A stretch of DNA of 64,000 bases from an uncultured delta proteobacterium (GTDB lineage: Bacteria > Desulfobacterota > Desulfuromonadia > Desulfuromonadales > JACZKF01). The translations under genes and the position numbers were made by a program. This document shows positions 54,333 to 64,000 of this stretch, piece after piece (position 1 is the stretch's first letter; every line of letters begins with the position of its first letter). Below the pieces are notes generated by a model. It saw only the letters and a list, made by a program, of their open reading frames with translations. It had not been told where the DNA came from and searched no databases. The stretch lies in assembly GCA_963816395.1 (NCBI GenBank), contig CAWFKQ010000005.1, forward strand, positions 448,001 to 512,000, read 5' to 3'.

Positions 54333-54514
54333 CTTTGCGCCTCCGATAGGAAGACTCCGCCTGCATTCAGGTTAGCATCCGTAATGAATTTGTCAGCGGG
54401 CGATGCTGTTCTTCGGGGCTGCGACCTCTGGGGAGGCGGAGACCCTATGACTTAAACAGCGACGCCGGAGCACATCGGGCTCCGGCGCCGGCATCGGCTG
54501 GGGTAATGGCCTGC

Positions 54515-54907
54515 TCAGGGCTGCTGGTGCAATTGGGCGAGCGCCTGCAGCGCATCCTGGCGCAGCGGGCTCAGCGGGTAGAGCGTGAGGAAGTCCTCAA
54601 ACTGCCGGACGGCCTGTCCCGAATCGCCGCCGACCGCGCTCTCCAGCGCCATATTGAAGTCGGCCAGCTCCTTGGCGGCAACTGCTATGTCCTGCTCCTT
54701 CCCCTTCCAGTAGAGATCGTCCACTTTCTCGTTTTTGGCGCCGCGCACCCCCCCAACGGCGGTGGTCACCACCGGTTTTTTACTCGGCGTGACTTTTTCC
54801 AGCTTGCTGCGCAGGGTATCCCAGAAGCTTCCCTGCGCGGTTTCCTGGGCCGCAGCCGGTGCGGCCAGCAGCACCGCCAGGATGATAATTGCCAGCCCCC
54901 TGAACAT
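54515..54907 (-). CDS. Small secreted protein with C-terminal TPR-like hairpin
   Basis: Signal peptide (..APAAAQ), VTTAVGGVRGA motif, QAVRQFEDFLTLYPLSPLRQDA. Confidence 0.7.
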   Translation of the reverse strand: MFRGLAIIILAVLLAAPAAAQETAQGSFWDTLRSKLEKVTPSKKPVVTTAVGGVRGAKNEKVDDLYWKGKEQDIAVAAKELADFNMALESAVGGDSGQAVRQFEDFLTLYPLSPLRQDALQALAQLHQQP

Positions 54908-54990
54908 CTCCGGTCTCCTTCCCACCAATGTGCAGTCCCGAAAACTGCTTGAAAAACTCCTCTGCGTCTCCCCTCATGGAAAAACCGGAA

Positions 54991-55093
54991 AACGCAAAGA
55001 CGCAAAGCTGAGAACCAAGGCGCAGAGAAAAATCCGTAAAATTGTTTGCTTTACACCCTTTGCGGCTTTCATTTCCCTTTGCGCCTTAGCGTT
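54991..55093. repeat. ~103-bp palindromic dispersed repeat, copy 2
   Basis: Aligns by eye to 732-833 with only scattered substitutions and one indel. Confidence 0.9.
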
Positions 55094-55136
55094 GAAATCC
55101 CTGCTTTTCATCGCCTTCGGGTGTGCCGCAGACAGG

Positions 55137-58100
55137 TTACAGCGGGCCCATCAATTCGAGGGCCATGCTCCGATATCTGGCGCCGATGTCCGGCGCCATC
55201 CGAATGGCCCTCTTAAACGCCTTGGCCGCCTCTTCCCGGTCCTTCAGCTTCAGGCAGCAACGGGCCAGGTTCACCAGGATATACGGATCGGCCGGATCGA
55301 GTTCGGCAGCACTGTTGTAATATTTCCGGGCCTCCTCATAGTTCCCCTGGAGGAAATAGACGTTGCCGATATCGTTTTTCACCGCCGGCTGACCGGGCGC
55401 CAGCCCTTCGGCCTTCTGCAGGAGGTCGAGGGCCTCAGTGGGCTCGCTCTCCTGGGCGTAGAGGATGCCGAGTTGCAGCAGCGGCTGATAATTGTCCGGC
55501 TCGGCCCTGGCTACATCGACATAATCTCTGGAGAGATAGCTCAGGCGGACTTTCTTCAGCTTTTTCAACTCGTCATATTTCTCCTGCAGGGCCTGTCGTA
55601 CCACCGCTTTCGGCCGCCAGGACGACATGGCGAGGCTTGCCGGTTTGTAGTTTTCCCAGGCCTGGTGGATGTCCATCATGGTCAGGCCGCGCCCGACCCA
55701 GTCCCGGTAATCCCTGCTTCCCGCCTCCCAGGCGTTGAAGAAAGGGGCACCGCTGAGGGTCATCTCGACCGGGATCCACAGCTGGCCCTCGTACTCGACG
55801 AACATGTCGGCCATCAGCTCCGGCTTCTGGTCGGGATCGAGGGCGGTGGCGAACATCATCAGCATGTGCCCGGGGACCTCCAGCACCATGGTACGGATGC
55901 CGAGGCTTTCCATCATCGAGCAGTAAAGCGCCACCAGATCATCGCAGTCGCCCGAATTGCGCTGCAGCGTCTCCCGCGGGTACTGAATGTAGTCGACGAA
56001 ATCGGTCTTGCCCGAGGTGATCTGGTAGGGATTGGCGGGGTCCTGCAGATAGGTCAGACCGACCAGGCCGAGCGCATCGTAGAGGATGCCGCCAACCAGC
56101 AGCGGATCGTCGATCTCCGGATACTGGGTGATGACCGAGCGGACGAATTCGAGAATCACCTCGTCCTTCGGGGTGATGAAGGTGGCGAAACGCTCCCGCA
56201 CATCCCACATCATGCGGTGCCTCTCGAAGATATTGAGAGTCTGGTTGCGGGAGAAGGTTTTGAGCTGTCCGTCTTCGTAATAGGAAACCTGGATTTCAGC
56301 CTGTACCGGGGTATCCTCGGTCACGTTGAGAATCTTGTTGTTGAAGACCGCCTTGACCGCCACGTCGCGGTTGGAACGCGGCTCGACATCCTTGATTTCA
56401 ACCTCGGAGGGGAAATCCATAAACTCCTTGATGGTGAAGGCGATTTTAAGGGTGGCGATCTTCGCCCGGGTATTGTTGGCGATGTGCAGGGTGCCGATCC
56501 CCTGGTTTTCGTAGAGTTTATAGGAGTTGGAAAAGACGTTCTCGATATCGGCGCGGACGATTTCGATCGGCGGACGGGTGGCGAGGAGGGTGGTCGCCTG
56601 GACTTCGGCGCGCCCGGATTCGACCGCATCGGTACTGACCGCCGATACCCGGTAGGCATATTCGGTGGAGGGATCGAGGCCGGTTTCGACATAATCCGGC
56701 TCCCTGGTTTCAGCGATCTTGACGAACTCCCCATGTTCCCGGCGATAGATGTTGTAATGGGAGAAGAAGGCGCCGCCGACCGGCTCCCAGGCGAGTTCGA
56801 CCGACCACTCCTGCGGCGTCGCCCGCAGGCTGGCCGGCGCCGCCACCTCCCCTTTCCCCGGCACGGCGCTGGCGGTGGCGGTGCGGGCACTCTCGTTTCC
56901 CTCCCTGGCCAGGGCGCTGACCCGGTAGCAGTAGGTCTGCCCGGGCGCGACGTCCCGGTCGACATAGACGCCGTCGGTGGTCCGGGCGAGTAGAGAGAAG
57001 GGCTTATCGGCGGCCGGCGCGCGGTAGACGAGGTAAGCCGCGACGTAAGATGCGGCGCTGACCGGCCAGTCGAGACGAACCTCCCGCATGCCGCCGACGG
57101 CGTTCAGTTGTCCCACCGGCTGCGGCGTATAGATGGTCCGGAATTTCTGCAGCCGCTTGTTGTCGCCGTCAACCACGGCAATCACCGTATCGTCGAGAGC
57201 GGCGATCGCCGCGGGATCGCGAAAATCGCCTTTGCCGCTCCCCAAGGCCCCGAAGGTGCGATGGAAGGTGCCGTCGAGGCCGTAGACCTGGACCCCGCCG
57301 TGCCTGACATCGAGGATGAAGACCTCATCGGCGGTCAGGGCCATCGCCACCGGCTCATCCAGGACGCCGGGTCCGCCGAACTCACGGACCGGATGCCCGT
57401 CCGGAGTGAAACTGAGAACCATCTTGCGGCCGCTGTCGAGCACGTAGAGGTTTCCCTTGCCATCGAGGGCGACGGCGATCGGGGTATCCAGCAGGGCGCT
57501 TTTTTCCCCGGCGCCGATCACTGAAAGGAACACCCCGTCGGTGTTGAAGGCCTGAATCCGGCTGTTGCGGCTGTCGGCGACATAAATGATGCCGGCCGGC
57601 GAAATGGCCAGATCGAGCGGCCGCGAAAAATAGCCTTTGCTGCTTCCGTAGCTGCCGACCTGCAGCAGAACGCTGCCGTCATCGGCCAGTTTGAGCAGGC
57701 GGTTTTCGCCGCGATCAGCCACCCAGACCTGCCCCTGCGGATCGACTGCGGCCGCCGCCGGCGTCCAGTCCGGCACGCGCCAGGTGGCGACTGGCTGTTC
57801 GTCGCGGTAGATATGCAGGACCTGATTTTCCTCATCGACCGCCAGCAGGCGCCGGCGCGGTCCGTCCCAGCAGATGCGGCTGGCCGCCAGCGCCGTTTCA
57901 CCCAGCCAGCGAACCGCGGTCGGCGGCGGCGTGCGGTCGACGTGATCGACCTCGCTCCCCTGCTCCAGGGTGAACAGCTGAATGGCATTGTTTTCCCGAT
58001 CGGCCACGTAGAGCTGCGCCTGCCCATCGACAAACAGGCCGCTGAGCTCTTTGAACTGCGCGCGGCCGGAGCCCCGGGTGCCGAAGGTCAGCAGCTGCCG

Positions 58101-58844
58101 GCCGGAGAAGTCGTACTTGACCACCGTACAGTGGTCGCGATCGGCGATGTAAAAACCGTCTTCGCCGACGGCGATGGCGGCCGGCTCGACCGGTCCCTTC
58201 ACGGTGCTGAGATAGGTGCCGGCCTGATCGTAGATCTTGACCGCCCGCTCGCCGGCATCGACCACGTAGAGGTTCCCCCGGTGATCGAGGGCGAGGTCGA
58301 CCGGCTGGCGCAGCCGCGCGCTTTCTTCGCCGCGTTCGCCGATCATCCCCATGAACACCCCGTTCGGGCCGAACACCTGCACCCGGCCGTTGCCGGAATC
58401 GGCAACGTAAATGACCCCGCCATAGACGGCGATGCCGGCCGGCTCATCGAACTCTTTCGGCGCATCGCCACTTTTACCGAAGCTGCCGAGGCAGGAGCCG
58501 TCCTTGCCGAACAGGACGATCCGGTCGCGGTCGCGATCGGTAACGTAGATGATATCGCCGTCCACCGCAATGCCGGCGGCGCTCTTCAGGTCGGGGTGGT
58601 GGGGGTCGGTCTGGCCGAGAGCAGAGAGGGTCCTGCCTTCGCCGTCGATGACGTAGGCGCCGCCTTTGGCGGTGGTCAGATAGAGGGTGCCGTCCGGATC
58701 GGCGGTAAGATGCTCGGGGTGTGAGAAGGGGATCTGGCGGACGAAATTGATCTGCTGAAAGGCCGCTGGGGCCGCGACCGGCCAGCCGCCTGAAAAAACG
58801 CCGGCAGCGAGCAGGAGAAACCACGGAGTAAAACGCTTCCTCAT
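55137..58844 (-). CDS. Secreted multidomain protein: NHL beta-propellers, 2x FN3, transglutaminase-like domain, TPR
   Basis: Signal peptide; many NHL repeats (YVADSGNGRVQVF, FSRPLDLA, YVADSRNSRIQAF); FN3 units (Y.YRVSA); GDCDD...VPGH...WIPVE; C-terminal TPRs. Confidence 0.85.
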   Translation of the reverse strand: MRKRFTPWFLLLAAGVFSGGWPVAAPAAFQQINFVRQIPFSHPEHLTADPDGTLYLTTAKGGAYVIDGEGRTLSALGQTDPHHPDLKSAAGIAVDGDIIYVTDRDRDRIVLFGKDGSCLGSFGKSGDAPKEFDEPAGIAVYGGVIYVADSGNGRVQVFGPNGVFMGMIGERGEESARLRQPVDLALDHRGNLYVVDAGERAVKIYDQAGTYLSTVKGPVEPAAIAVGEDGFYIADRDHCTVVKYDFSGRQLLTFGTRGSGRAQFKELSGLFVDGQAQLYVADRENNAIQLFTLEQGSEVDHVDRTPPPTAVRWLGETALAASRICWDGPRRRLLAVDEENQVLHIYRDEQPVATWRVPDWTPAAAAVDPQGQVWVADRGENRLLKLADDGSVLLQVGSYGSSKGYFSRPLDLAISPAGIIYVADSRNSRIQAFNTDGVFLSVIGAGEKSALLDTPIAVALDGKGNLYVLDSGRKMVLSFTPDGHPVREFGGPGVLDEPVAMALTADEVFILDVRHGGVQVYGLDGTFHRTFGALGSGKGDFRDPAAIAALDDTVIAVVDGDNKRLQKFRTIYTPQPVGQLNAVGGMREVRLDWPVSAASYVAAYLVYRAPAADKPFSLLARTTDGVYVDRDVAPGQTYCYRVSALAREGNESARTATASAVPGKGEVAAPASLRATPQEWSVELAWEPVGGAFFSHYNIYRREHGEFVKIAETREPDYVETGLDPSTEYAYRVSAVSTDAVESGRAEVQATTLLATRPPIEIVRADIENVFSNSYKLYENQGIGTLHIANNTRAKIATLKIAFTIKEFMDFPSEVEIKDVEPRSNRDVAVKAVFNNKILNVTEDTPVQAEIQVSYYEDGQLKTFSRNQTLNIFERHRMMWDVRERFATFITPKDEVILEFVRSVITQYPEIDDPLLVGGILYDALGLVGLTYLQDPANPYQITSGKTDFVDYIQYPRETLQRNSGDCDDLVALYCSMMESLGIRTMVLEVPGHMLMMFATALDPDQKPELMADMFVEYEGQLWIPVEMTLSGAPFFNAWEAGSRDYRDWVGRGLTMMDIHQAWENYKPASLAMSSWRPKAVVRQALQEKYDELKKLKKVRLSYLSRDYVDVARAEPDNYQPLLQLGILYAQESEPTEALDLLQKAEGLAPGQPAVKNDIGNVYFLQGNYEEARKYYNSAAELDPADPYILVNLARCCLKLKDREEAAKAFKRAIRMAPDIGARYRSMALELMGPL

Positions 58845-58933
58845 CACATCCCCCAGAGAGGTCATAGCAACAATGAACGCAGGCCGCTACAAGGTAGCAT
58901 AATCCCGATCTTTAATGGAAAAGGAAAAATGTT

Positions 58934-60928
58934 CTATTTCCGCAGGGCCGTGTAATAACCCTCCCAGTCGCCGGGCGGCGGCTGGGCGATGAACTCCCGG
59001 CAGCGCTCGGCGTACAGCCGGGACGGCCGGTCGCCATGGCGGTCGGCGAGAGCGGCGAAAAGCCCGGCCGCCTCGGTAAACCGTCTTTGCCGGTAAAAGC
59101 CCAGGGCGGCGGCGAAATCGCCGAGCCATTGCGGCGGCTCCGGCATGACTTCGTAGATGGCCAGCGGCCGCCGCTTCCCCTTGACGCGGACCCAGTCGAT
59201 CTCGCGCAGCGCGAAGCTGCCCGGCGGCAGCAGCCGACGGGTCGCGTCGCTGACCAGCAGACGCGTGCCGTACAGTTTGTTGATCCCTTCCAGCCGCGAG
59301 GCCAGATTGACGTTGTCGCCGATGGCGGTGTATTCCATCTTCTTCCCCTCGGCGCCGATGTTGCCGACCACCACCTCGCCGCTGTTGATGCCGATGCGCA
59401 TCGACAACGGCTCCTGCCCGACCTGCTGCCAGCGGCGGCAGAGCTCGTCCATTTTGGCGCTCATACGCAAGGCGCAGGCGACCGCCAGCTCGGCATGCCG
59501 CTCCTGCTCGATCGGCGCCCCCCAGAAGGCCATGATGCCGTCGCCGATGAACTTATCCAGCGTTCCCTCGTGATCCATGATCAGATGCGTCATCTCCGCC
59601 AGGTACTGGTTGAGGATGCGCACCACCTCCTGCGGCGGCAGGTTCTCGCTGAAGCCGGTATAGTTCTGTACGTCGGAAAACAGGATGGTGATCTGCCGGC
59701 TTTCGCCGCCGATCCTGGCCTGGCTGGGGTCCCTGACCAGCTGATCGACCACTTTCCTCGAAACGTAGCTGGAGAAGATGTTGCGGATCTCCCGGGTCTT
59801 GCGGTCGAGGAAGAAAAACCGCAGGTAAGCGGTGGCGCAGAAAGCGAGAACAATGCTCAGCTGCGGGTAAACCATGCTGATCCAGTGCCCGTGGAGAAAC
59901 AGGGCATAGGCGAACGCGGCCTGGCCGAGCATCAGCAGAATGATCAGCGGCAGGGAGATCGCATGACGCAGGCTGAGGGTGATGAACGCTGCGGCGATGC
60001 CGAAAACGACGATGGCCAGCAGATCGATCAGCCCTTCGAAGCCGCCGCGCTGAAGAAAGCTGCCGCGCAGGAGGCTGTCGATCACATTGGCATGCACCTC
60101 CACCCCCGGGGCGTTGTTGGAGAAAGGGGTAACCCGCAGGTCGTAGAGGCCCAGGGCGGTGGCGCCGACCAGCAGCAGCTTGCCGGCGAGGGCCTCGGCC
60201 GGGACTTTGCCCTTGACCACATCGACGAAGGAGTAGCGCGGATAGATCCCGGGCGGGCCGATGTAGTTGATCAGGGCAAGATGGTCGCGGTCGGTGGGGA
60301 TGAGCCGGCGGCCGATCCTGACCGCATAGGCGCCGGGGATGATCGCGGAACCGCCCAGAGCCGTGCGCGCCGCCGCCAGGGCCAGGGAAGGAACGGCGGC
60401 CCCCTGATAGGACAGCAGCAGGGGCGTCCAGCGCACCACCCCGTCGGCATCCGGCGTCAGGTTGATGTGCGCCCGGTAGCGGGAGGCCGCCTGCAACTCC
60501 GGCAGACTGCGGGTCAGGCCGGCGGGCGAGCCGTCGGCGGCGAAATCGAAGGCGACCGCCAGCGTCGTTCGGCCGGAGCGGCGCAGCGCCTCGGCAAAGG
60601 CGCCATCGGCAGCGGCGCTTTCCGGCTCCGGGAACAGGACGTCCAGAAAAATGCCTTTGGCCCCATCCGCCGTGACGCGGTCGATCAGTCGGGCAAACCA
60701 GATGCGGTTCCAGGGGAAACGCCCCAGTTCGGCAATGCTTTTCTCGTCGATGGCGATAATGACGAGGTCGTGATTCGGTTGGAGGGGACCGCGCAGGGTG
60801 CGAAAGCGGAAATCGTAGGTCCTGGCTTCGAATCCCTCCAGCAGCCCGGTCTGCAGATAATAGAGCAGCCCACAACTGAGAACGACGAGCGAGGTCAGGC
60901 CGACGATGATGAATTTGGTGCGCCGCAT
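58934..60928 (-). CDS. CHASE2-domain class III adenylate/guanylate cyclase
   Basis: N-terminal TM, IIAIDEKS..LGRFPW, DADGVVR, PGVEVHAN (CHASE2), 3 TM, LFSDV, DKFIGDGIMAFWG, YTAIGDNVNLASRLE, C-terminal helical tail. Confidence 0.92.
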   Translation of the reverse strand: MRRTKFIIVGLTSLVVLSCGLLYYLQTGLLEGFEARTYDFRFRTLRGPLQPNHDLVIIAIDEKSIAELGRFPWNRIWFARLIDRVTADGAKGIFLDVLFPEPESAAADGAFAEALRRSGRTTLAVAFDFAADGSPAGLTRSLPELQAASRYRAHINLTPDADGVVRWTPLLLSYQGAAVPSLALAAARTALGGSAIIPGAYAVRIGRRLIPTDRDHLALINYIGPPGIYPRYSFVDVVKGKVPAEALAGKLLLVGATALGLYDLRVTPFSNNAPGVEVHANVIDSLLRGSFLQRGGFEGLIDLLAIVVFGIAAAFITLSLRHAISLPLIILLMLGQAAFAYALFLHGHWISMVYPQLSIVLAFCATAYLRFFFLDRKTREIRNIFSSYVSRKVVDQLVRDPSQARIGGESRQITILFSDVQNYTGFSENLPPQEVVRILNQYLAEMTHLIMDHEGTLDKFIGDGIMAFWGAPIEQERHAELAVACALRMSAKMDELCRRWQQVGQEPLSMRIGINSGEVVVGNIGAEGKKMEYTAIGDNVNLASRLEGINKLYGTRLLVSDATRRLLPPGSFALREIDWVRVKGKRRPLAIYEVMPEPPQWLGDFAAALGFYRQRRFTEAAGLFAALADRHGDRPSRLYAERCREFIAQPPPGDWEGYYTALRK

Positions 60929-61006
60929 CCGCCGAAATTAGCAATCAGCCTGACTTCTGTAAAGATTAATCTGGCGGACCGGCTCGGGCGGGGTTTGTCG
61001 CCGCCA

Positions 61007-61042
61007 CCCCCTCCTTCCTGATCTCCCCTTGAACGGGGAGGA
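61007..61042. repeat. Single C-rich/G-rich REP-like hairpin unit
   Basis: CCCCCTCCTTCCTGATCTCCCC-TTGAAC-GGGGAGG in the divergent intergenic region. Confidence 0.4.
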
Positions 61043-61173
61043 AATCAAACAGCGGGAGACGGGTTCCCATCAATTTTCATTATGACCCGTTACCCATTTT
61101 TCATCTGGCATTCTGCCATCTCCCCGCTAGAATTTAGCCCCAGCAGCTTTCCTCTTGCAGATGGGGACTTTTC

Positions 61174-62758
61174 ATGAACACTACGCAGAAAACAGAGGAA
61201 GCCCAGGGCTTCCAGGCCCTGCGGGAGAATCCTGATAGCCTGCTGATCCTGCTGGATACCATCGCCTGCGGCATTCTCACGGTGGATCGGCAAGGGCGCA
61301 TCAGCTTCACCAATGCCAGCGCCCGGCGGCTGCTCGGAAAATCCAGGGAAGAGCTGGTCGGCCGCTCCTTTGCCGGCCTCGGCTGGGAGGACGGTGAGGG
61401 TGCCCAGGTCGTCCCGGAAAACCATCCTTTTACCGCCGCCCTGAAAGGTGGAAAAACCGCCCGGGGAGAAATCTTCAGCTTCCCCTCCCAGGATGGCCGG
61501 GAAAGGACCTATTTCATCCTCAATGTCGTTCCGCTGCACGATCGGCGCGGACGGATCAGCGGCGCCGCCGCCGATTTCATCGACATGACCGAAGCGGTCG
61601 GTTTCCGGCGGGAGCGTGAACGCCTGCTCGCGGCCCTGGGAGAAAGCGAGGCGCGCTACCGGATGCTGGCCGAAAGTGCGCCGGTGGGTGTATTCGAATG
61701 CGACGCCGAGGGCCGCTGGCTGTATGTCAACCCCCGCTGGGAGGGGATCTCCGGCCGCACCGGAGAGGAGTGTCTCGGCCTGGGCTGGGCGATGGCGGTT
61801 CATCCGGAAGATCGGGAGAGAAGTTCTCCGCGATTTTCAACAACAGCCGGCGGCCCCGGGGATTCTGGAACAGGAATTCCGTCTGCTGCACCCGACGGGG
61901 CGCACCGTCTGGGTGCGCCTGCTGCGCCGGACGGTAACTTTCGAAAAGGGCGACCGGCATTTCGTCGGCACGGTAGAGGATGTCACGGCCCGCAAGGAAA
62001 CGGAGCTGGCATTGCAGCAGGCGAAAGAATCGGCGGAAGAGGCGAGTCAGGCCAAAAGCCGGTTCCTATCGGTCATGAGCCACGAGATCCGCACCCCGAT
62101 GACCATTTTCACCGGCATGCTGGAACTCGCCCTGGCCGGGGATCTCGGCCGGGAGGCGCGCAGCTACCTGGAAGCGGCCCAGACGGCCGCCGATTCCCTG
62201 CTGATGCTGATCGAGGATATTCTTCTCTATGCCGAGCTTGAAGCCGGCGATCCCATCCTCGAAAGTTTCGATTTCGACCTGGCTTCCTGCGTGCGGGAGG
62301 CTTTGCGCCCTGCCGCCGCCGCGGCGGCGCAAAAAGGGCTCTCTTTCCACCTGGAACTGGCGGAGGAAATCCCGGAGCGACTGAGCGGGGATCCGCGACG
62401 CCTGCGCCAGGTGCTGGCCAACCTGGCGGATAACGCCGTCCGCTTTACCGAGCGAGGGGAGGTGTCGGTGCTGGTGGAGCCCTGTCGCGACTGCCTGCGC
62501 GAGAAGGATGAAGGACTGCGCATCTCCGTCAGCGACACCGGCTGCGGCATTCCCGGCGAAAAGCTGGGCGGGATCTTTCAGGCCTTCGGTCAGTTGGATA
62601 CTTCCTCGACCCGCCGTCACGGCGGTACCGGCCTGGGGCTGGCGATCAGCAGGGGGATCATCACCTCGATGGGGGGGGAAGTGCGGGTGGAAAGCGCCAT
62701 CGGGGCTGGAAGTATTTTCTCCTTCGTCATCCCCGTGGGATCGCAAGCCGACCCTTGA
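61174..62758 (+). CDS. Cytoplasmic PAS-PAS sensor histidine kinase (frameshift near 61820)
   Basis: Two PAS/PAC domains, AKSRFLSVMSHEIRTP H-box, NLADNAVRFT, DTGCGI, GGTGLGLAI; no receiver domain. Confidence 0.88.
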
Positions 62759-62781
62759 CCCCAACCGTATCCCTGTGGTTT

Positions 62782-63282
62782 TCAGTGCGCCACCGGCGAG
62801 GCATGGTTCTCGGCCACCACCTCGCGCATCAGCTGCCGGATCTTGGGGAGGACCTTCTGCACCCGCCCCTGCACCAGTTCCGACGATTTCCGGACGAGAA
62901 AGGGCATTTTTTCGATGAGGCGCTGCCCGGCGGGACTCTCGTAAAAATCGACCATCTGGCCCAGTTCCTCCTCGGAGAAGGCGGCGGCATACAGCTCGAC
63001 ATACTCGGGCTTGAGACTCTCCCAGTTGAGTTCATCATAGAGGAGGTCAAAAATCTTCCGCTGCAGCTCCTTTGCCCTCTCTTCCTTTTCCGGCGGCAGG
63101 TCCAGCTCATTCAATTGGGCGATCTGCGCTTTCTTGATCTGTTCCAGCAGGTTCTCCGTATTTTTCTCGGTATTGGTCAGCACCAGCAGCTTCTCGATCA
63201 ACCCCGTCTTCGGGTCGGCCGCCAGGGCGGCCGGGGAAAACCCGAGGCTCAGCAGAAGGGCCAGGCTAAGGAATCTGTTCAT
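62782..63282 (-). CDS. DUF2059-domain secreted protein
   Basis: Signal peptide; LYAAAFSEEEL.QMVDFYESPAGQR...KMP. Confidence 0.8.
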   Translation of the reverse strand: MNRFLSLALLLSLGFSPAALAADPKTGLIEKLLVLTNTEKNTENLLEQIKKAQIAQLNELDLPPEKEERAKELQRKIFDLLYDELNWESLKPEYVELYAAAFSEEELGQMVDFYESPAGQRLIEKMPFLVRKSSELVQGRVQKVLPKIRQLMREVVAENHASPVAH

Positions 63283-63311
63283 TGAGGTTACTCCGGATAG
63301 TGAACGGGCCT

Positions 63312-64000
63312 TTACATCTTTTCCTTGATCCCCTTCTTCAGCAGCCACCAGTTCACCGGATAGGAAGTCAGCAGGCCGAACCACATGGCGATCTGCATCA
63401 TGAACCAGAAGACCGGGCTGGTCTTGTGGATCTCGTGGCCGAAAATGGCGAAGGTGGCAATCGCCATCCAGCCGTACATGCCGACCTGCCAACTGGTCAG
63501 CGACAGGGTGTCCGCCTTGACCGCGGCCACCAGCCCCTTGCCGAGGGAGAGTCCGCGCATGGGGGCGATGGTGAAATACTGGAAGATGATGCCGAAAAGA
63601 TAGGCGAAGGCGTAGTCGAGCGCCCAGGCGCCGAAGATCTTGTGCCCGAAGAGGATGATGGGGACGGCCAGGATGAGCCATTCGGCGCAGATGTCCCCCA
63701 GGGTGCAGCCGCTGCCGCAGTGGGTGGCGCCCAGGGCGGTCATCTGCCAGAAGGGCTTCTGCTTACCCGGCGGTGTCTCCCCGCGCTCCTTGGCCCGCAT
63801 CATCGCCTGATGGGTGGAGAGACGCCCGACGGTGAAATAGGCGTACAGGGCGAAGACGCTGCCGTACAGGGCGGTGATCGGCCAGACGACGTTCATGATC
63901 CACATATGCTGTTTGTGGCCGCGCAGGATGTCGATGACGATGATCAGGGCGCAGATCCCCGCCACCACCAGGGAAACGGCAGCCAGGATCTGCAGCCAGT
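63312..64000 (-). CDS. DUF4396-domain membrane protein (5' end outside the window)
   Basis: HCGSGCTLGD, ADTLSL..WQVGMYGWM, FWFMMQIAM..G..TSYPVNWWL..GIKE.M. Confidence 0.82.
   Translation of the reverse strand, partial: WLQILAAVSLVVAGICALIIVIDILRGHKQHMWIMNVVWPITALYGSVFALYAYFTVGRLSTHQAMMRAKERGETPPGKQKPFWQMTALGATHCGSGCTLGDICAEWLILAVPIILFGHKIFGAWALDYAFAYLFGIIFQYFTIAPMRGLSLGKGLVAAVKADTLSLTSWQVGMYGWMAIATFAIFGHEIHKTSPVFWFMMQIAMWFGLLTSYPVNWWLLKKGIKEKM

Overview
GC-rich bacterial chromosome segment. Gene content, gene order and the intergenic repeat types point to a Desulfuromonadales (Desulfuromonas/Geobacter-like) organism; this is inference, not a database result. It contains about 55 protein genes and no recognisable rRNA, tRNA, CRISPR array or transposase. 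Housekeeping blocks: nadC-birA-coaX; ABC-F and an orphan ParA; rne; smr; mltD-like; hflX-fabI-dsbC; mntP; folA; cysE-iscR-iscS-iscU-mnmA-mtaB-rluA; ilvA. About 20 genes are split by single-base indels, including iscS, mnmA, rne and iscU, which looks like uncorrected long-read error rather than real pseudogenisation. I therefore report reconstructed gene extents. Best candidates for uncharacterised systems: (1) an operon encoding a CHASE2 adenylate cyclase, a 1235-aa secreted NHL-FN3-transglutaminase-like(Cys/His/Glu)-TPR protein and a small secreted TPR-like protein; (2) an asnB / nadE-paralog / carrier protein / AMP-ligase cassette, flanked by a divergent ABC exporter, a lipoprotein hydrolase and a PEP-CTERM protein; (3) a secreted Gln/Gly/Tyr glutenin-like repeat protein in a stress-type island; (4) a DsbC carrying a CxxCH heme motif; (5) several unrelated families of intergenic palindromic or periodic repeats, including 7-mer-periodic hairpins that punctuate the isc operon.
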